DNA of 62,367 nt, filler included, from 14 parts of 14 records of this genome joined end to end with filler, not necessarily neighbours in it, one strand, 5' to 3'; positions 10,451 to 22,532 are shown, counted from the first letter of the whole stretch. Notes: generated from the sequence alone by a model not told the origin. Translations and numbers: made by a program.

Positions 10451-10769
10451 TCCACGGCAATTCCTCGCTGCGCCCGTAGGGCCATAATTGGCCAATCTGG
10501 CCAGAATCCCCTACACTCGCGGCCCATGGCTCTCCTCTCGCCCCGTCGATACCCTGCGCGCGCAGCCCTGCCCATGGCAGCGGCCGGTCGTCGTGTGGGC
10601 GCCGTCGTCGCGGCGGCCACGTCGGTCCTCCGACGCACGTCCGCACATTCCTGAGCCCGGCGGTCCGCTACCTTCTTCTTGATGCGCACACCTTGACCGC
10701 CGGGCACCACACCGCGCGGTAGCGACCCTGTCTGTTGGAAAGGCGGGTTGCGTTCATCTGGAGTGCTTC

Positions 10770-11171
10770 ATGCTTTCAACCGTTCACGGGGAGCGCACGC
10801 TCACCGAACTCGATTACGTCCGTCTCAGCAAATTCGCGGACACGCCGCTTCCTCCGGCCCTGGTCGATCTGCTCGACACGGCCGACATCCTTCCGTCACG
10901 GGAAATGCCCTCGGACATCGTGACGATGTACACCCAGGTGGAAATCGAAGACCTGCCCGCCGGACAGCGGCAGAAGATCGTGATCTGCTATCCCGCCGAT
11001 GCGAACCCGACCACGGGCTTCATCTCGGTGTTCTCGCCCGTCGGCATCGGCCTGCTGGGCCAGAAGACCGGCGCGGTCGCGCGCTGGAAGACGCCCGGCG
11101 GCGGCGAACACAGCGCGCGCGTGATCGCCGTGCTGTTCCAGCCGGAAGCCAGCGGCGACTACACGACCTGA
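10770..11171 (+). CDS. rnk: Regulator of nucleoside diphosphate kinase (GreA/GreB C-terminal-like)
   Basis: 133 aa. LTELDYVRL, DIVTMYT, ICYPADA, ISVFSPVGIGLLG and VLFQPEASG match Rnk motifs. GGAG RBS upstream. Confidence 0.88.
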   Translation: MLSTVHGERTLTELDYVRLSKFADTPLPPALVDLLDTADILPSREMPSDIVTMYTQVEIEDLPAGQRQKIVICYPADANPTTGFISVFSPVGIGLLGQKTGAVARWKTPGGGEHSARVIAVLFQPEASGDYTT

Positions 11172-11214
11172 AAGTGCGCCGGTTCAGGCCGGAGGCCGGC
11201 GCCCCACCGGCCGG

Positions 11215-11445
11215 TCAGTGCTGCAGCACGCCGGCGACGCCGGGGCCCCTGCTCTTCGCACTGTCGATGGTCGCGCTGACGGAACTCGTGTTGACCGCCA
11301 GCGCCACCAGCACCGCCCCCACGAACGACGGATCGGCGCTGCCGCTGTAGCCCGACGCCCCGGCAATGGCCAGGGCCTGCGCGACCTGCTGCGTCGTCAG
11401 TTCGACGGCGGCTTCTCCCACGATATTCCTCTTCTTTGTGGCCAT
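11215..11445 (-). CDS. Small hypothetical protein (76 aa)
   Basis: ATG at 11445 preceded by CAGGAG RBS. GC3-biased codons. MATKKRNIVGEAAVELTTQQVAQALAIAG... Confidence 0.65.
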   Translation of the reverse strand: MATKKRNIVGEAAVELTTQQVAQALAIAGASGYSGSADPSFVGAVLVALAVNTSSVSATIDSAKSRGPGVAGVLQH

Positions 11446-11623
11446 CTGAAAACTCCTGCGAATGGAGTTCGGACTGTAACCAAGCCCCGACAAGCGCCAC
11501 AAATGTTCCTGACCCTGTGACTTTCGACACTGGCCCGCGCATCGGGCGGCCCGTATCGTCGCGCGGGCGCGGCGCCCGCCGGTGGGGCGGACGCCACATT
11601 GTTTTCATTTGATGGACAGGGAC

Positions 11624-12016
11624 ATGCCTTTTTCCAAACTCTCTCTCGCCAGCGCACTCGCGGGCCTGCTCGCGCTTTCCGGTTGCCAGACCATGGACAT
11701 GCAGATGGGCGCTCCGGCGGCCAAGACCACGGCCACGGGCAGCGCCGCCGGCGGCGCCACCTCGGGCGAGAGCAGCCAGCTCGAACGCTGCGACTCGCCG
11801 CTCGGTACCGTCTCGCTGATCGAGAACGTCAATGCCGGCTGGTACACCATCCTCACCGGTGAATACCGCCTGCCGCCCACGGCCAACCTGCTGCGCCTGC
11901 TGGTGCAGCAGTCGAACTGCTTCGTGGTGGTCGAGCGCGGCGCGGCCGGCATGAACGCCATGACGCGCGAGCGCGCGCTGATGCAATCGGGCGAGATGCG
12001 CGGCGGCAGCAACTTC
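11624..12016 (+). CDS. CsgG/HfaB-family outer-membrane lipoprotein, 3' truncated
   Basis: Lipobox LALSGC, then LERCDSPLGTV...LLRLLVQQSNCFVVVERG...MTRERALMQSGE, typical of CsgG-like proteins (FxVVER motif). Confidence 0.8.
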
Positions 12017-12217
12017 NNNNNNNNNNNNNNNNNNNNNNNNNNNNNNNNNNNNNNNNNNNNTTAATTAATTAANNNNNNNNNNNNNNNNNNNNNNNNNNNN
12101 NNNNNNNNNNNNNNNNGTTCGAGTCCCCGCAGCTCCAGTTTTTTTTAAATAACATATTTTTATTTTTATTTTTCTCTGATAATATTTTCCTGTCTCCCGC
12201 TTCCTTTTATTTTTCAG

Positions 12218-15148
12218 ACTCTGCTGACCTCGCTGAGCTCGAGTACCGCATCATCAACCGTGCGACCAAGGACCTGATCCCTCTCGTGCAGTTCTACTCT
12301 TTCAAGGTGCCGTGCGAGGCCGCAGACCGTGTCCTCGAGGGCGTCACCCGTGAGGCGAACAAGACTCTGCCTGCTCGGTATGTTGTATTGATATTTTTCC
12401 ATGCTATATTCATACACTGGCGAACCTCTTTTTTTCTCATTCATTCCGCATTCGTAACCAAACAAAAAAAAGTACGTACCCGTTATTTATCGAACTATTA
12501 TGTATGGTCTGTTGTGTGTGCTGTGCCTGTGCAGTTACCGCGAGCTCCGCCGCCCCACTGCTCCCAAGACTGACGTGGAGCAGGACGGCAGCGTGCGCTA
12601 TGCCGAGGTGCCCCGTGCCGGTACTTCCAACTGGCTCGAATACGTCAAGGAGATGGCCAACGGCTCAAAGTACGTTCTCATTCCTACTTCTTGTATGCGC
12701 TTCAATCGTTGCGATATTTACAAGATTTGAGCCACCTATCAATCAAGTATGGAAATGATTTAATCGCTCATTCCTTTTTTTCTTGCCACCTTGCAGGACC
12801 AACGATAGCGGTAACCCGTTCTTGTTCTTGAAGCACAACAGCACTGGCGATGGCCACGACACTGGTCTCACCGACCTGCTCTTCAACACCCTGGAGTCCA
12901 TGGCCAAGGAGGGCGTCTCCTTCAAGGGCCGTACTGCCCTCGTCACTGGCTGCGGCAAGGGCTCCATCGGTATCGAGGTCGTCAAGGCTCTCTTGGCTGG
13001 TACGTATACCCCCCCTTCTACACTTTTGTCTCGCCCCGTGCGAATTGATTTGGTCATTTCCTGGTCACTTGTCGTCTCCATGCATCCCGAATTGTAGCCT
13101 GACTCGAATCCCATCTCGATCATTCATATACTCAATCACTCACCCCTACCTCTCCCATTTCTTCCCTTTCTTTCCTCTCAGGTGGTGCTCGTGTGATCGC
13201 CACCACTAGCCGCACGGGCAAGGAGGCCGGCGACTACTTCATGAAGATCTACGAGAACTATGCCGGCCGCGACGCCGAGCTCGTTGTTGTTCCCTTCAAC
13301 CAGGGCAGCAAGCTTGACGTTGCCGCGCTTGTGGACTACGTGTACAGCCGCTTCAGCGACGTGCACATCGTGGTGCCCTTCGCCGCCATCTCCGAGCAGG
13401 GCCGCGACATCTCCGGCATCGATGCTAAGTCCGAGCTCGCCCACAGGCTCATGCTCACCAATGTCATCCGCCTTTTGGGTGCCATCAAGGCCAAGAAGGA
13501 GGGTATGTACTCGAAATCTCCCTCTCCTTCCCTCCATGTCCCACTCCAGATTGATCAAACGTTTTTGGTAGTGAGAAAAAAGGCTGTGTGCAATCATAGC
13601 TTTGCAGACTTGGTCGTCCTGAAACAATCTTGCACTATGCTTCTTCAGTCCTGAATGAATGTGCATCATTAGCATCATTGCACTGTCTTTCGGTGTACTC
13701 ATGATTCTCCTTGTGTTTACTTGCTCAGCTTTGCGCATTGAGACCAGCCCTGCTCACGTTGTGCTGCCGTTCTCGCCCAACCACGGTGCGTTCGGCTTCG
13801 ACGGCCTGTACTCCGAGAGCAAGATGGGCCTCGAGGCGCTCATGTACAAGTGGTCCTCTGAGGGCTGGACCAACTACCTGTCCCTTGCTGGTGCTATCAT
13901 CGGCTGGACTCGTGGCACTGGCCTCATGGCTGCCAACAACATCGTCGCTGAGGTTTGTACTTGCTCGCCTTCCCGCATACACATCCTCTCCATGGCTTTC
14001 GTGCTCGTGGTCCTCTTCGAGTCGGTCATCAATGAATGTTTCACTCATGAGTTGAGTCCAACCTGCCTGATCTTGACGCATGTCTCGCTCGATCTAGCCT
14101 TTCATTTTTCACTTCGCTGTTCGTCTTGAATGTGCTTGTCTCTTCTCTAATTTACTCTGATACTTCATACCTGCAGGAGCTTGAGAAGCAAGGTGTGCGC
14201 ACTTTCAACACTGCCGAGATGGCGTTCAACCTTGTTGCTCTGCTGCACCCCAACGTTGTGCGCGCGTCCCAGGGCGAGAAGGGCCCGGTGTGGGCTGACT
14301 TCAACGGCGGCTTCGGGTCTATCCCCAACCTCAACGAGGCCACGGCCAAGGCGCGCGAGAGCATCACCGAGCGCTCGCAGCTGGCTAAGATCATCAAGGC
14401 CGACGCTGCCCTCGATGAGGAGGCTCACAACGGCCCCAAGAAGCCCGCCCCTGCTCTGGACTCGTCCAAGAAGGTACCAGACTATTTCCTTCGATCCGTA
14501 TAGTACCACGCAACATGGAGAAAGTGCGATTATCTCGATCTAGACACTGTTTATTTTTTCCCCTTTCCCCCCCTTTTTTGCCCGAAGTCGAGCATGGTGA
14601 CGCACAGCAAGGTTTCGACTGTTGTGTTTATTCCTATTCGCCTTTGTCCTCAGATTCAACTCTTCTGATTCTGACTCTGATACTTAATAATATTTTTGTG
14701 CTTGTATTTTCTCGATCCATAGGCTCGTGTGAACTACAAGACCAAGTTCCCTGCTCTGCCCAGCCGCGACCTTCTCCGCCTTGAGGCTCCCAACCTCATT
14801 GACATGCTGGACCTCGACAAGCTGGTTGTTGTGACCGGTTTCGGTGAGGTTGGCCCGTGGGGTAGTGCCCGCACGCGCTGGGAGATGGAAGCCTTTGGCG
14901 AGTTCTCCACGGAGGGTGTTGCCGAGCTGGCCTGGATGATGGGTCTGATCAAGTACTACAATGGCCGCCTGCCCAACTACCCTGGCATGTACGACGGCTT
15001 CGTGGACGCCAAGACCAACGAGCCCGTCAGTGACTGGGAGCTGCGCGCGCGCTATGAGGAACACATCCTCAAGCACTGCGGTATCCGCCTCATCGAGCCC
15101 GACCTCCTCGACGGCTATGACCCCACCCGCAAGTCCTTCGCCCAGATG
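12218..15148 (+). CDS. FAS2: Fungal-type type I fatty acid synthase, alpha-subunit (FAS2-like) region: KR and start of KS; multi-exon, truncated at both ends
   Basis: [118 protein letters not shown]-rich exons separated by GT-AG pyrimidine-rich introns. Confidence 0.92.
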
Positions 15149-15279
15149 GTACAGTTCTCTCTCTCTCTCTCTCTCTCTCNNNNNNNNNNNNNNNNNNNNN
15201 NNNNNNNNNNNNNNNNNNNNNNNTTAATTAATTAANNNNNNNNNNNNNNNNNNNNNNNNNNNNNNNNNNNNNNNNNNNN

Positions 15280-18200
15280 ATGCTCAGAGTCGAGCTCACA
15301 GATACACTCTTACCATTGTTCTCAACAGCAATAACCTTCATGGACAGGGTAAAGTCAATGTCACACTGTGAGGCAGGGAGCACAGAGAAGCCAGCAAGGC
15401 GCTGAGCGGTGGCGAAGCCACTGGCTGAGGCAGTCATAGTGTAGCGTTCGCTGAGCAGGATGGAGGTCACAGCGTAGCCGATGAGCTGGAAGTTCACCTC
15501 ATGAGGCACATTCAAGGCAACAACCTTGCGAAGAGCGTCAGAGCGATCGGTATCGAGGCCGAAAGTAGGTGTGGCAAGCAGAGCCGCCTTGGCATCTTCA
15601 GAGGTAGACGTGGAAGTCGCAACAGCAAGAGTTGGCTGATCAGAGACAGAGTTGACAGCGACACCCACGGTGACGGTGGTGCCAGAGACAGAGTCGCGGC
15701 CGTTCATCTCCACAGAGATCGCACGGAACGACATGGTGAAGTCCACATCGGACTGAGTGGCAGGGCTGATACCGAAGTTAGCCAAGACCACAGCGCTCTG
15801 GAAGCCAGTGCCCATAGCGGTCACAGTGTAGACATTCAAGGCGAGGGCAGATGAAGAAGCAGAGAGACCGGCGAGAGTTACACCGACAGGCACAGCGGAT
15901 GCAGTCACCTTGCGAAGAGCATCAGAGCTATCAGAGTCTGCGCCAAACTGAGGGATGGCGTTCATAGATACCAATGTATCCTCAGCAGTGCGCACGGAGG
16001 TGGCCACGGTCAAGGTCGGGGCATCGGGGCGAGAGGTGACGGCAACACCAACAGTGCGGCGAGTGGAGATGCTGGATAAGAGGTTGTTGGCCTCGATGGC
16101 ATACACCACAGAGGTCACGGTGAAGTCATTGTCGCACTGCACAGAAGGAGACACGCTCAGGCCAGGCACGCGGGCATAGGCAAAGCCAGTGCCAGCGGCA
16201 ACCACAGTGTGGATGAGCACATAGCTGGAGCCGAACGTAGTGGCGCCGGAGGTCTGAGTGACCGAGCCAGCGAGTGTGCTGTATGAGGTACCGACAGGCG
16301 AACCATACATGACTAGGCGGCGGACGCCATCAGAAAGATCCGTGTCGATTGAGGACACAGGAGTGATGGTCAGGGCAACGTTCACATCTTCAGTGGTCTG
16401 AGTGGTGGAAGCAGCGTTCAGAGACGGGGTATCGGAGGCAGCGCTGAGCTTGAAGCCCATGACCTGCGAGGTAGTGGTGGCATCCTTGTTATTGTTCTCC
16501 ACAGCAAACACAGCGAACGTGATGGTGAAGTCCACGTCACATTGAGCGGTAGCAGTCACAGAGGCACCAGACAGAGCCAGGCTGGAAGCGAAACCAGAGC
16601 CAGCGGCAGTCAGAGTGATCATGGAGAGAGACAGGTAGGAGGCGGTGGCAGGGACACCTTGCAGACGAGAGAGGCCAGGTAGGTTCTCGATGGTCACCTT
16701 GCGAAGGGCATCAGAGGAGTCAGTGTCGCGCGAGAAGCCGGGAGTGGCAAGCAGGCGGGCAGCAACATCCTCAGTTGTGCCTGTAGAGGCGGCAACAGTG
16801 AGCACAGGGCGGTCAGAGACAGAGCTCACGGTCACGGCAGTGCTCACAGTGGTGCTCGAGATAGACTGCAGGTTGTTGCTCTCAGTGGAGAACACGCGAG
16901 AGGTCAGAGTGAAGTCAATGTCGCACTGTGAGGCAGTGCTCAAGCTGAGAGCTGCAATTACAGTGTGAGAAGTGAAGCCAGAGCCAGACACGCTCAGCGT
17001 GAAGATGCCACTGGTGACAGCAGATGTGGTCTTGGCAAGGCCGCCGAAGCGAGAGCCGGTAGTCACACCAGCAGTCACAACACGGCGAAGCACTTCAGAA
17101 GCATCGGTATCGGTCACAAGCTTGGGAGTCAGAGTGATGAACACAGAGACATCCTCAGAGGTGCTAGTAGCAAGCGCGCTAGAGATCACGGGCACGTCAG
17201 TGACGGCAGAGAGGGCAACGGAGACAGATAGGGTGGTGGACATCCTGGTAGAGCCAGCATTCTTCTCGACAGCAACCACACTGACGGTAACGGTGAAGTC
17301 AACGTCACATTGAGCGGCACCACTCACGGAAAGGCCAGCAACAAGCTGGCGAGAGCCGTAGCCAGTGGAAGCGACGCTGCTCAGAGTGTAAGTACCGGTG
17401 TTTGTGGAGGTCATGGCACCAGGAGCAACAATGGAGCTGCCAGAGGGCACGCCGGTGATGCGAAGCTTCTGCAGTCTGTCGGAGGCATCTGTATCGAGGT
17501 TGAATGCAGGGGTGACCAATAGCGAAGAGATCACGTCTTCGGAGGTGGCACGAGTGACAGTGGCGCTGGCCACAGGTACATCAGAAGCCGCAGTAATCGC
17601 AACACCCAAAGAGCGAGCAGTGGACATCAAGGTATCCTTGGCATTCTGCTCAACAGCGATGACGCGCACGAACAGAGTCATGTCGATATCGCATTGCACA
17701 GCAGGGGAGGCAGAGAAACCAGAGATACGGATGCTAGAGCCGAAGGCAACACCGGTCTTGCTAAGCGTGTAGCGGTTGGAGGCAAGGCTAGAACCAGTCA
17801 AGCTCACACCACCGAAAGTGATGGGCTCGCCAGAGTTGGAAATGTACAGCTTGCGAAGAGCATCAGAGCCATCAGTATCGAGGTTGAAGGCAGGAGAGAC
17901 AGTGAGAGCGACAGAGGTATCTTCGGTGGTAGCGGTGGAGGTAGTTGAGACCACGGGTGTGTCAGAGCGAGCGGTGATCGCCACGCTGACGCGAGCAAGA
18001 GTGCTGCGAGTGCTGGACTTCGCATTCTCTTCAACACCGATCACGCGCACGCTCATGGAGAAGTCGACGTCGCACTGAGTCGCTGCGGAGACGCTGAACT
18101 GAGTGATCTTGGCACTAGGAGTGAAGGCACTAGCAGTACTGAGCGTGAAGACGGTGGAGCTGAGGGTGGTGGCGCCAACCAGAGCGCGGAATGACACGCC

Positions 18201-19598
18201 GGTCTTGACATTGTTCACAGACATCTTGATCAAGCGGTCAGATGCATCGGTATCGCTGCCATATGAGGGAGTCACGGAGATCGCGACGCTCATGTCCTCA
18301 GAGGTCTGAGTGGTGGTGGTGGTCTGCACACGGGGTTCGTCAGAGCTGGCAGAGACTTGCACACCCACGCTGCGAGTGGTGCTCACAGCAGAGTGCTTGT
18401 CATTCACCTCGTAGCTGACAGTGCGCAGGGACATGGTGAAGTCCACATCGCATTGGACCGCAGGCGAGGCGCTCAGCTGTGCAACACGGATGTTGAAAGC
18501 GAAGCCACTGCCAAGAGCAGTCAGAGTGTAGATGTTGGCAGAGACCACAGACTGAGTGCGAGAGGCACCAGACAAAGAGACACCGGTGGGCACGACAGTC
18601 AGGATGGCCTTCAGAGTGAGATCAGAACCGTCGGTATCAATGCTCTGAAGAGGAGTGGCAATCAAGGACACCTTGGCATCCTCAGTGGTCGAGCGCTGGG
18701 CAGTGAGGGTCAACACAGGGGTATCAGACTGGTCATTGATTACAATGCCAATGGACTGGGTGGTGGTGGCCACGCTAGTCTTGCCGTTGGCCTCCACAGA
18801 GATGACGGAAACAGTCAGAGTGAAGTCGGTATCGCATTGAGCGGCGCCAGACACGCTGTAGGCAGCGATGGCAGTAGCAGTGGCGAATCCACTTGCAGAG
18901 TTGGTGGTCAGGGTAAAGAATGGAGTGCTGAGGTAGGACGCAGTAGTGGAGACGGCAGGGAAGATCACACCTACGGGCACGTTCTTCACAGAAAGCTTGC
19001 GCAACTGATCAGAGCTATCGGTATCGGAACCAAAGGCGGGTGTCGCAGTCAAGGAAACCTTGATATCCTCAGTGGTCACAGTGGAGGCCTGGACGCTGAT
19101 TGCGGCAGTGTCAACCACAGCAGTGATCAAAATGGGGACAGCAAGAGTGGTGGTAGACATATGGTCCTTGTTGTTCTGCTCCACAGCCACGACCTTGAGG
19201 GTCATCGTGAAGTCGGTGTCACACTGCACGGCAGGGATCAGAGAGAGGTCAGCGACTCGGGCAGCAGAGGCAAAGCCGGAGCCAAGAACACTCAGAGTGT
19301 ACACAAGACCGTTGAGCACGGACTGAGATGAAGCGATAGGAGTGAAAGTGGAGCCAGCAGGAAGAGCAGAAGCCACAAGCTTGCGAAGAGCATCAGAGTT
19401 ATCAGTGTCGCGGACGTAGGCAGGGGTGACCTGCACAATCACAGTAACATCTTCAGCAGTGAAAGTGCTTGGCACGGCAGTGAAGATGGGCTCATCAGAG
19501 ACAGCAGAGACAGCCACACCCACGGACTGAGTGGTGCTCAATTCGCTGTTCTTGAAGTTCTGTTCCACGGAAACGATCGCGAAGGACATGGTGAAGTC
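15280..19598 (-). CDS. Giant tandem-repeat surface protein, about 11 Ig/cadherin-like units of about 128 aa; truncated at both ends
   Basis: Uninterrupted frame across the whole 4.3 kb contig. Each unit reads (S)DxP...TxED...TP...DTDxSDxLRK...QCDxDFT...vExN. Ser/Thr/Val/Ala-rich. Confidence 0.88.
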
Positions 19599-19739
19599 NN
19601 NNNNNNNNNNNNNNNNNNNNNNNNNNNNNNNNNNNNNNNNNNTTAATTAATTAANNNNNNNNNNNNNNNNNNNNNNNNNNNNNNNNNNNNNNNNNNNNAA
19701 TCCTGTATCGATTTTTCAGGACAAGACATTATTTACTTG

Positions 19740-21005
19740 TTATGTTTTTTGCTTTTTCTTCTTTGCTGCTGGGAATAAAACATTATTTAAAATCAAACGA
19801 TAACCGGGTGAATTAGGATGTAAATTCAAATCGGTTGGTTCTTCATTTACATAATGTCTGTAATCTTCAGGGTCATGTCCACCATAAAAAGTCCAAAAAC
19901 CTTTTAAGAAAGTACCGTGAATGTAACGAGCTTCATTCAACGAGCGATTTTCGCCTAATACAATTACTTCAGGTTTCAACAGTTCCTTTTTGTAAGAAGT
20001 AGTTTGTCCCATAAAACCATGAATGGTAGTTTCATGATTTTGGGTCAACATAGTAGGAATTGGGTCCCATTTTGCAGAAAATTGGAAAAGATTAAAGAAA
20101 TCATTCTCCTCTCCAACAGGTCTTGATTCATTTGTATAAGCCTCAATATTCGAAAACTCAATTATTTGAGGATGAAAAATTAAATTAAAATTTTGGAAAG
20201 CGAAAGTCTTTGTAAAGTCTAATTTAGCATCTGCATTTCTATCATAACCATCTCCATCATAAAAAGCATCCACAATATCAATTCCTTCGGCTGCTAGAGC
20301 AATATCATAAGTATCGGTTGCAGTACACATCGCAAACATATAACCTCCGCCAGCTACAAATTCTCTTATTTTTTTGGCAACGCCTAATTTCAATTGAGAT
20401 ACTTTATCAAAGCCAAATTTTTGTGCATTCTTTTTGTCTTCTCTTAATTGTGCTTGATACCACGTTTGCCCACTCTGATTCAAAAACTTACCCATCTGCC
20501 CAGTAAAATCTTCATGATGAAGATGTAGCCAATCGTATTCTGGTAATTTTCCTGTCATTACCTCATCATCAAAAATTAAATCGTAAGGTATTTCCGCATA
20601 AGTCATTGCTAAAGTAACGGCGTCGTCCCAAGGTTGGGCAGTTTTAGGTGAATAAACAGCTACTCTGGGTGGTTTCTGTAGTTTTACAACATCCATATTT
20701 ACATCTGGACTGCTTACTTCTGCTCTAATTTGTGAAGCTTGTCCTTCTGAAATCACTTCATAGCTTACTCCTCTAATGATTAATTCATTTTCAAATTTCT
20801 GAGCTTGAGGGAACATAAAAGCACCTCCACGATAGTTCAAAAGCCATTCTACTTCCGTATCATGTGTTTTAAGAATCCAATAAGCTATTCCGTAAGATTT
20901 TAGATGGTTTTTCTGACTCTCATCCATCGGAATCAGAATCTGCGAAGCCCACAAGCGACCAGTAAACGTTAAGAATATGATAAACGGAAATAATAGCCTT
21001 TTCAT
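19740..21005 (-). CDS. Conserved Bacteroidota exported protein, class I glutamine-amidotransferase-like (often mislabelled asparagine synthetase B)
   Basis: Signal peptide; QKNHLKSYGIAYW, WLLNYRGG, QPWDDAVTL, DWLHLHHEDFTGQ, FAMCTATD, FSAKWDP, YGGHDPEDY, PNSPGYRLILNNVLFPAAKKK. Confidence 0.8.
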   Translation of the reverse strand: MKRLLFPFIIFLTFTGRLWASQILIPMDESQKNHLKSYGIAYWILKTHDTEVEWLLNYRGGAFMFPQAQKFENELIIRGVSYEVISEGQASQIRAEVSSPDVNMDVVKLQKPPRVAVYSPKTAQPWDDAVTLAMTYAEIPYDLIFDDEVMTGKLPEYDWLHLHHEDFTGQMGKFLNQSGQTWYQAQLREDKKNAQKFGFDKVSQLKLGVAKKIREFVAGGGYMFAMCTATDTYDIALAAEGIDIVDAFYDGDGYDRNADAKLDFTKTFAFQNFNLIFHPQIIEFSNIEAYTNESRPVGEENDFFNLFQFSAKWDPIPTMLTQNHETTIHGFMGQTTSYKKELLKPEVIVLGENRSLNEARYIHGTFLKGFWTFYGGHDPEDYRHYVNEEPTDLNLHPNSPGYRLILNNVLFPAAKKKKQKT

Positions 21006-21164
21006 TGGTGAAGTTATTTAAGTTCTCTGAACTAAATTTGTTATTCATAAACGATAAACGAATTTAGTATATTATTAGTGCTAATCACAATCCTGATTGG
21101 CTAAACATCCGTTCATCTTGATTTATTTTGGTTTCAAATCGAATCCATTTCAATATCCACAACT

Positions 21165-22406
21165 ATGAATTTATTAGAAAATATTCGTGAAGGATTACGC
21201 TCTATCAAAGCAAACATGCTGAGAACCACTCTCACAGCTTTAATTATTGCTATCGGTGTCACTGCATTGGTTGGAAGTCTTACTGTAATTGATGGAATTC
21301 AAAGCTCAGTAAATAATAGTTTTGCTGGCTTAGGAGCAAATGCTTTTGACCTTAGAAACAGAGATATTTTCAAAATCAGAAAAGACGGTGAAAAAGAAAA
21401 GAATTATCCGCAAATTGATTATCGTGAAGCAAAAATGTACAAAGAAAAATTTGGACATTCAGCAATCATTGGATTGAAAGTAAATGTTAGCTTTTCGGTT
21501 GAAGTAAAATATGAATCGAAGAAAACGAATCCAAATTCAAGAGTAATGGGTACTGATGATAATTTTATGGACATTAAAGGCTATAAAATTTCAAAAGGAA
21601 GAACATTTTCAGCAAATGATTTACAATATGCAGTAAATGTTTGTATCATTGGTGTTGACATTGTTGATCAACTTTTTGGAAAAAACATCAACCCAATTGA
21701 TAAAGAAATCAATATTCTCGGACAGAAATTTAAGGTAATTGGCTTACTAGAGAAAAAAGGAAGTTTGATGGGTGGCGGAGATGATAGAGTAATTTTTATG
21801 CCTTTAGAAACTGGCAGAAAAATGGCTCAAGGAAAAACACTTACTTTTGATATTGTTACTTCTGTCCCGAATATTACTGATATTGATAATGTAATTGAAG
21901 AAGCCAGAGGAGTAATGAGAATTATCAGACAAGACCAAATTGGAGAACCAGACTCATTTTCAATAGAACGTTCAGATTCATTGGCAAAACAATCTGAAAG
22001 TATTACTGGAATTTTAAGAGTAGCTGGTTTTGGAGTAGGTTTTATTACTTTATTAGGTGCAGCCATTGCCTTAATGAACATTATGCTAGTTTCAGTAACA
22101 GAAAGAACGCAAGAAATTGGCATCCGAAAATCCTTAGGAGCAACACCTTATCTTATTCGTTTACAATTTCTGATTGAAGCCGTAGTAATTTGTATATTAG
22201 GTGGTTTAGGAGGCATCTTTTTAGCCATTTTGATTGGCAATCTATTTGCACAATTATTAATGGGTGGAACTGCAAGTTTTATCATGCCTTGGTTTTGGAT
22301 GTCAATCGGAATTGGCGTTTGTGTTGTAGTAGGATTATTTTCTGGAATTTATCCTGCATACAAAGCTTCAAAGCTAGACCCAATAGAATCGCTGAGATAT
22401 GAATAA
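21165..22406 (+). CDS. ABC transporter permease, MacB/FtsX family
   Basis: RTTLTALIIAIG N-terminal TM, periplasmic core, NIMLVSVTERTQEIGIRKSLGA, C-terminal YPAYKASKLDPIESLRYE. Confidence 0.92.
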   Translation: MNLLENIREGLRSIKANMLRTTLTALIIAIGVTALVGSLTVIDGIQSSVNNSFAGLGANAFDLRNRDIFKIRKDGEKEKNYPQIDYREAKMYKEKFGHSAIIGLKVNVSFSVEVKYESKKTNPNSRVMGTDDNFMDIKGYKISKGRTFSANDLQYAVNVCIIGVDIVDQLFGKNINPIDKEINILGQKFKVIGLLEKKGSLMGGGDDRVIFMPLETGRKMAQGKTLTFDIVTSVPNITDIDNVIEEARGVMRIIRQDQIGEPDSFSIERSDSLAKQSESITGILRVAGFGVGFITLLGAAIALMNIMLVSVTERTQEIGIRKSLGATPYLIRLQFLIEAVVICILGGLGGIFLAILIGNLFAQLLMGGTASFIMPWFWMSIGIGVCVVVGLFSGIYPAYKASKLDPIESLRYE

Positions 22407-22524
22407 TTTTTTTTCATTTTTACAGCTACTATAACCAATCTAGTAATCAGAAACTTACAAGAACACTTACAAAAAAGTTTCAGATTAATTAAATGTTAAG
22501 GTTGTGTAGTCCAAAAACATCACT

Positions 22525-22532
22525 TATCTTTG
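22525..22532 (+). promoter_or_regulatory. Bacteroidota -7 promoter element for the tRNA
   Basis: TATCTTTG matches the TAnnTTTG consensus, about 22 nt upstream of the tRNA 5' end. Confidence 0.7.

Noticed and set aside
10527-10760. Short ORF and hairpin upstream of rnk as a leader peptide or riboswitch
   Set aside because: No recognisable riboswitch consensus or amino-acid-rich leader; such ORFs and hairpins are common at this GC content.
15501-19331. Plus-strand ORFs opposite the repeat protein
   Set aside because: Antisense shadows of the Ser/Thr/Val-rich minus-strand CDS.
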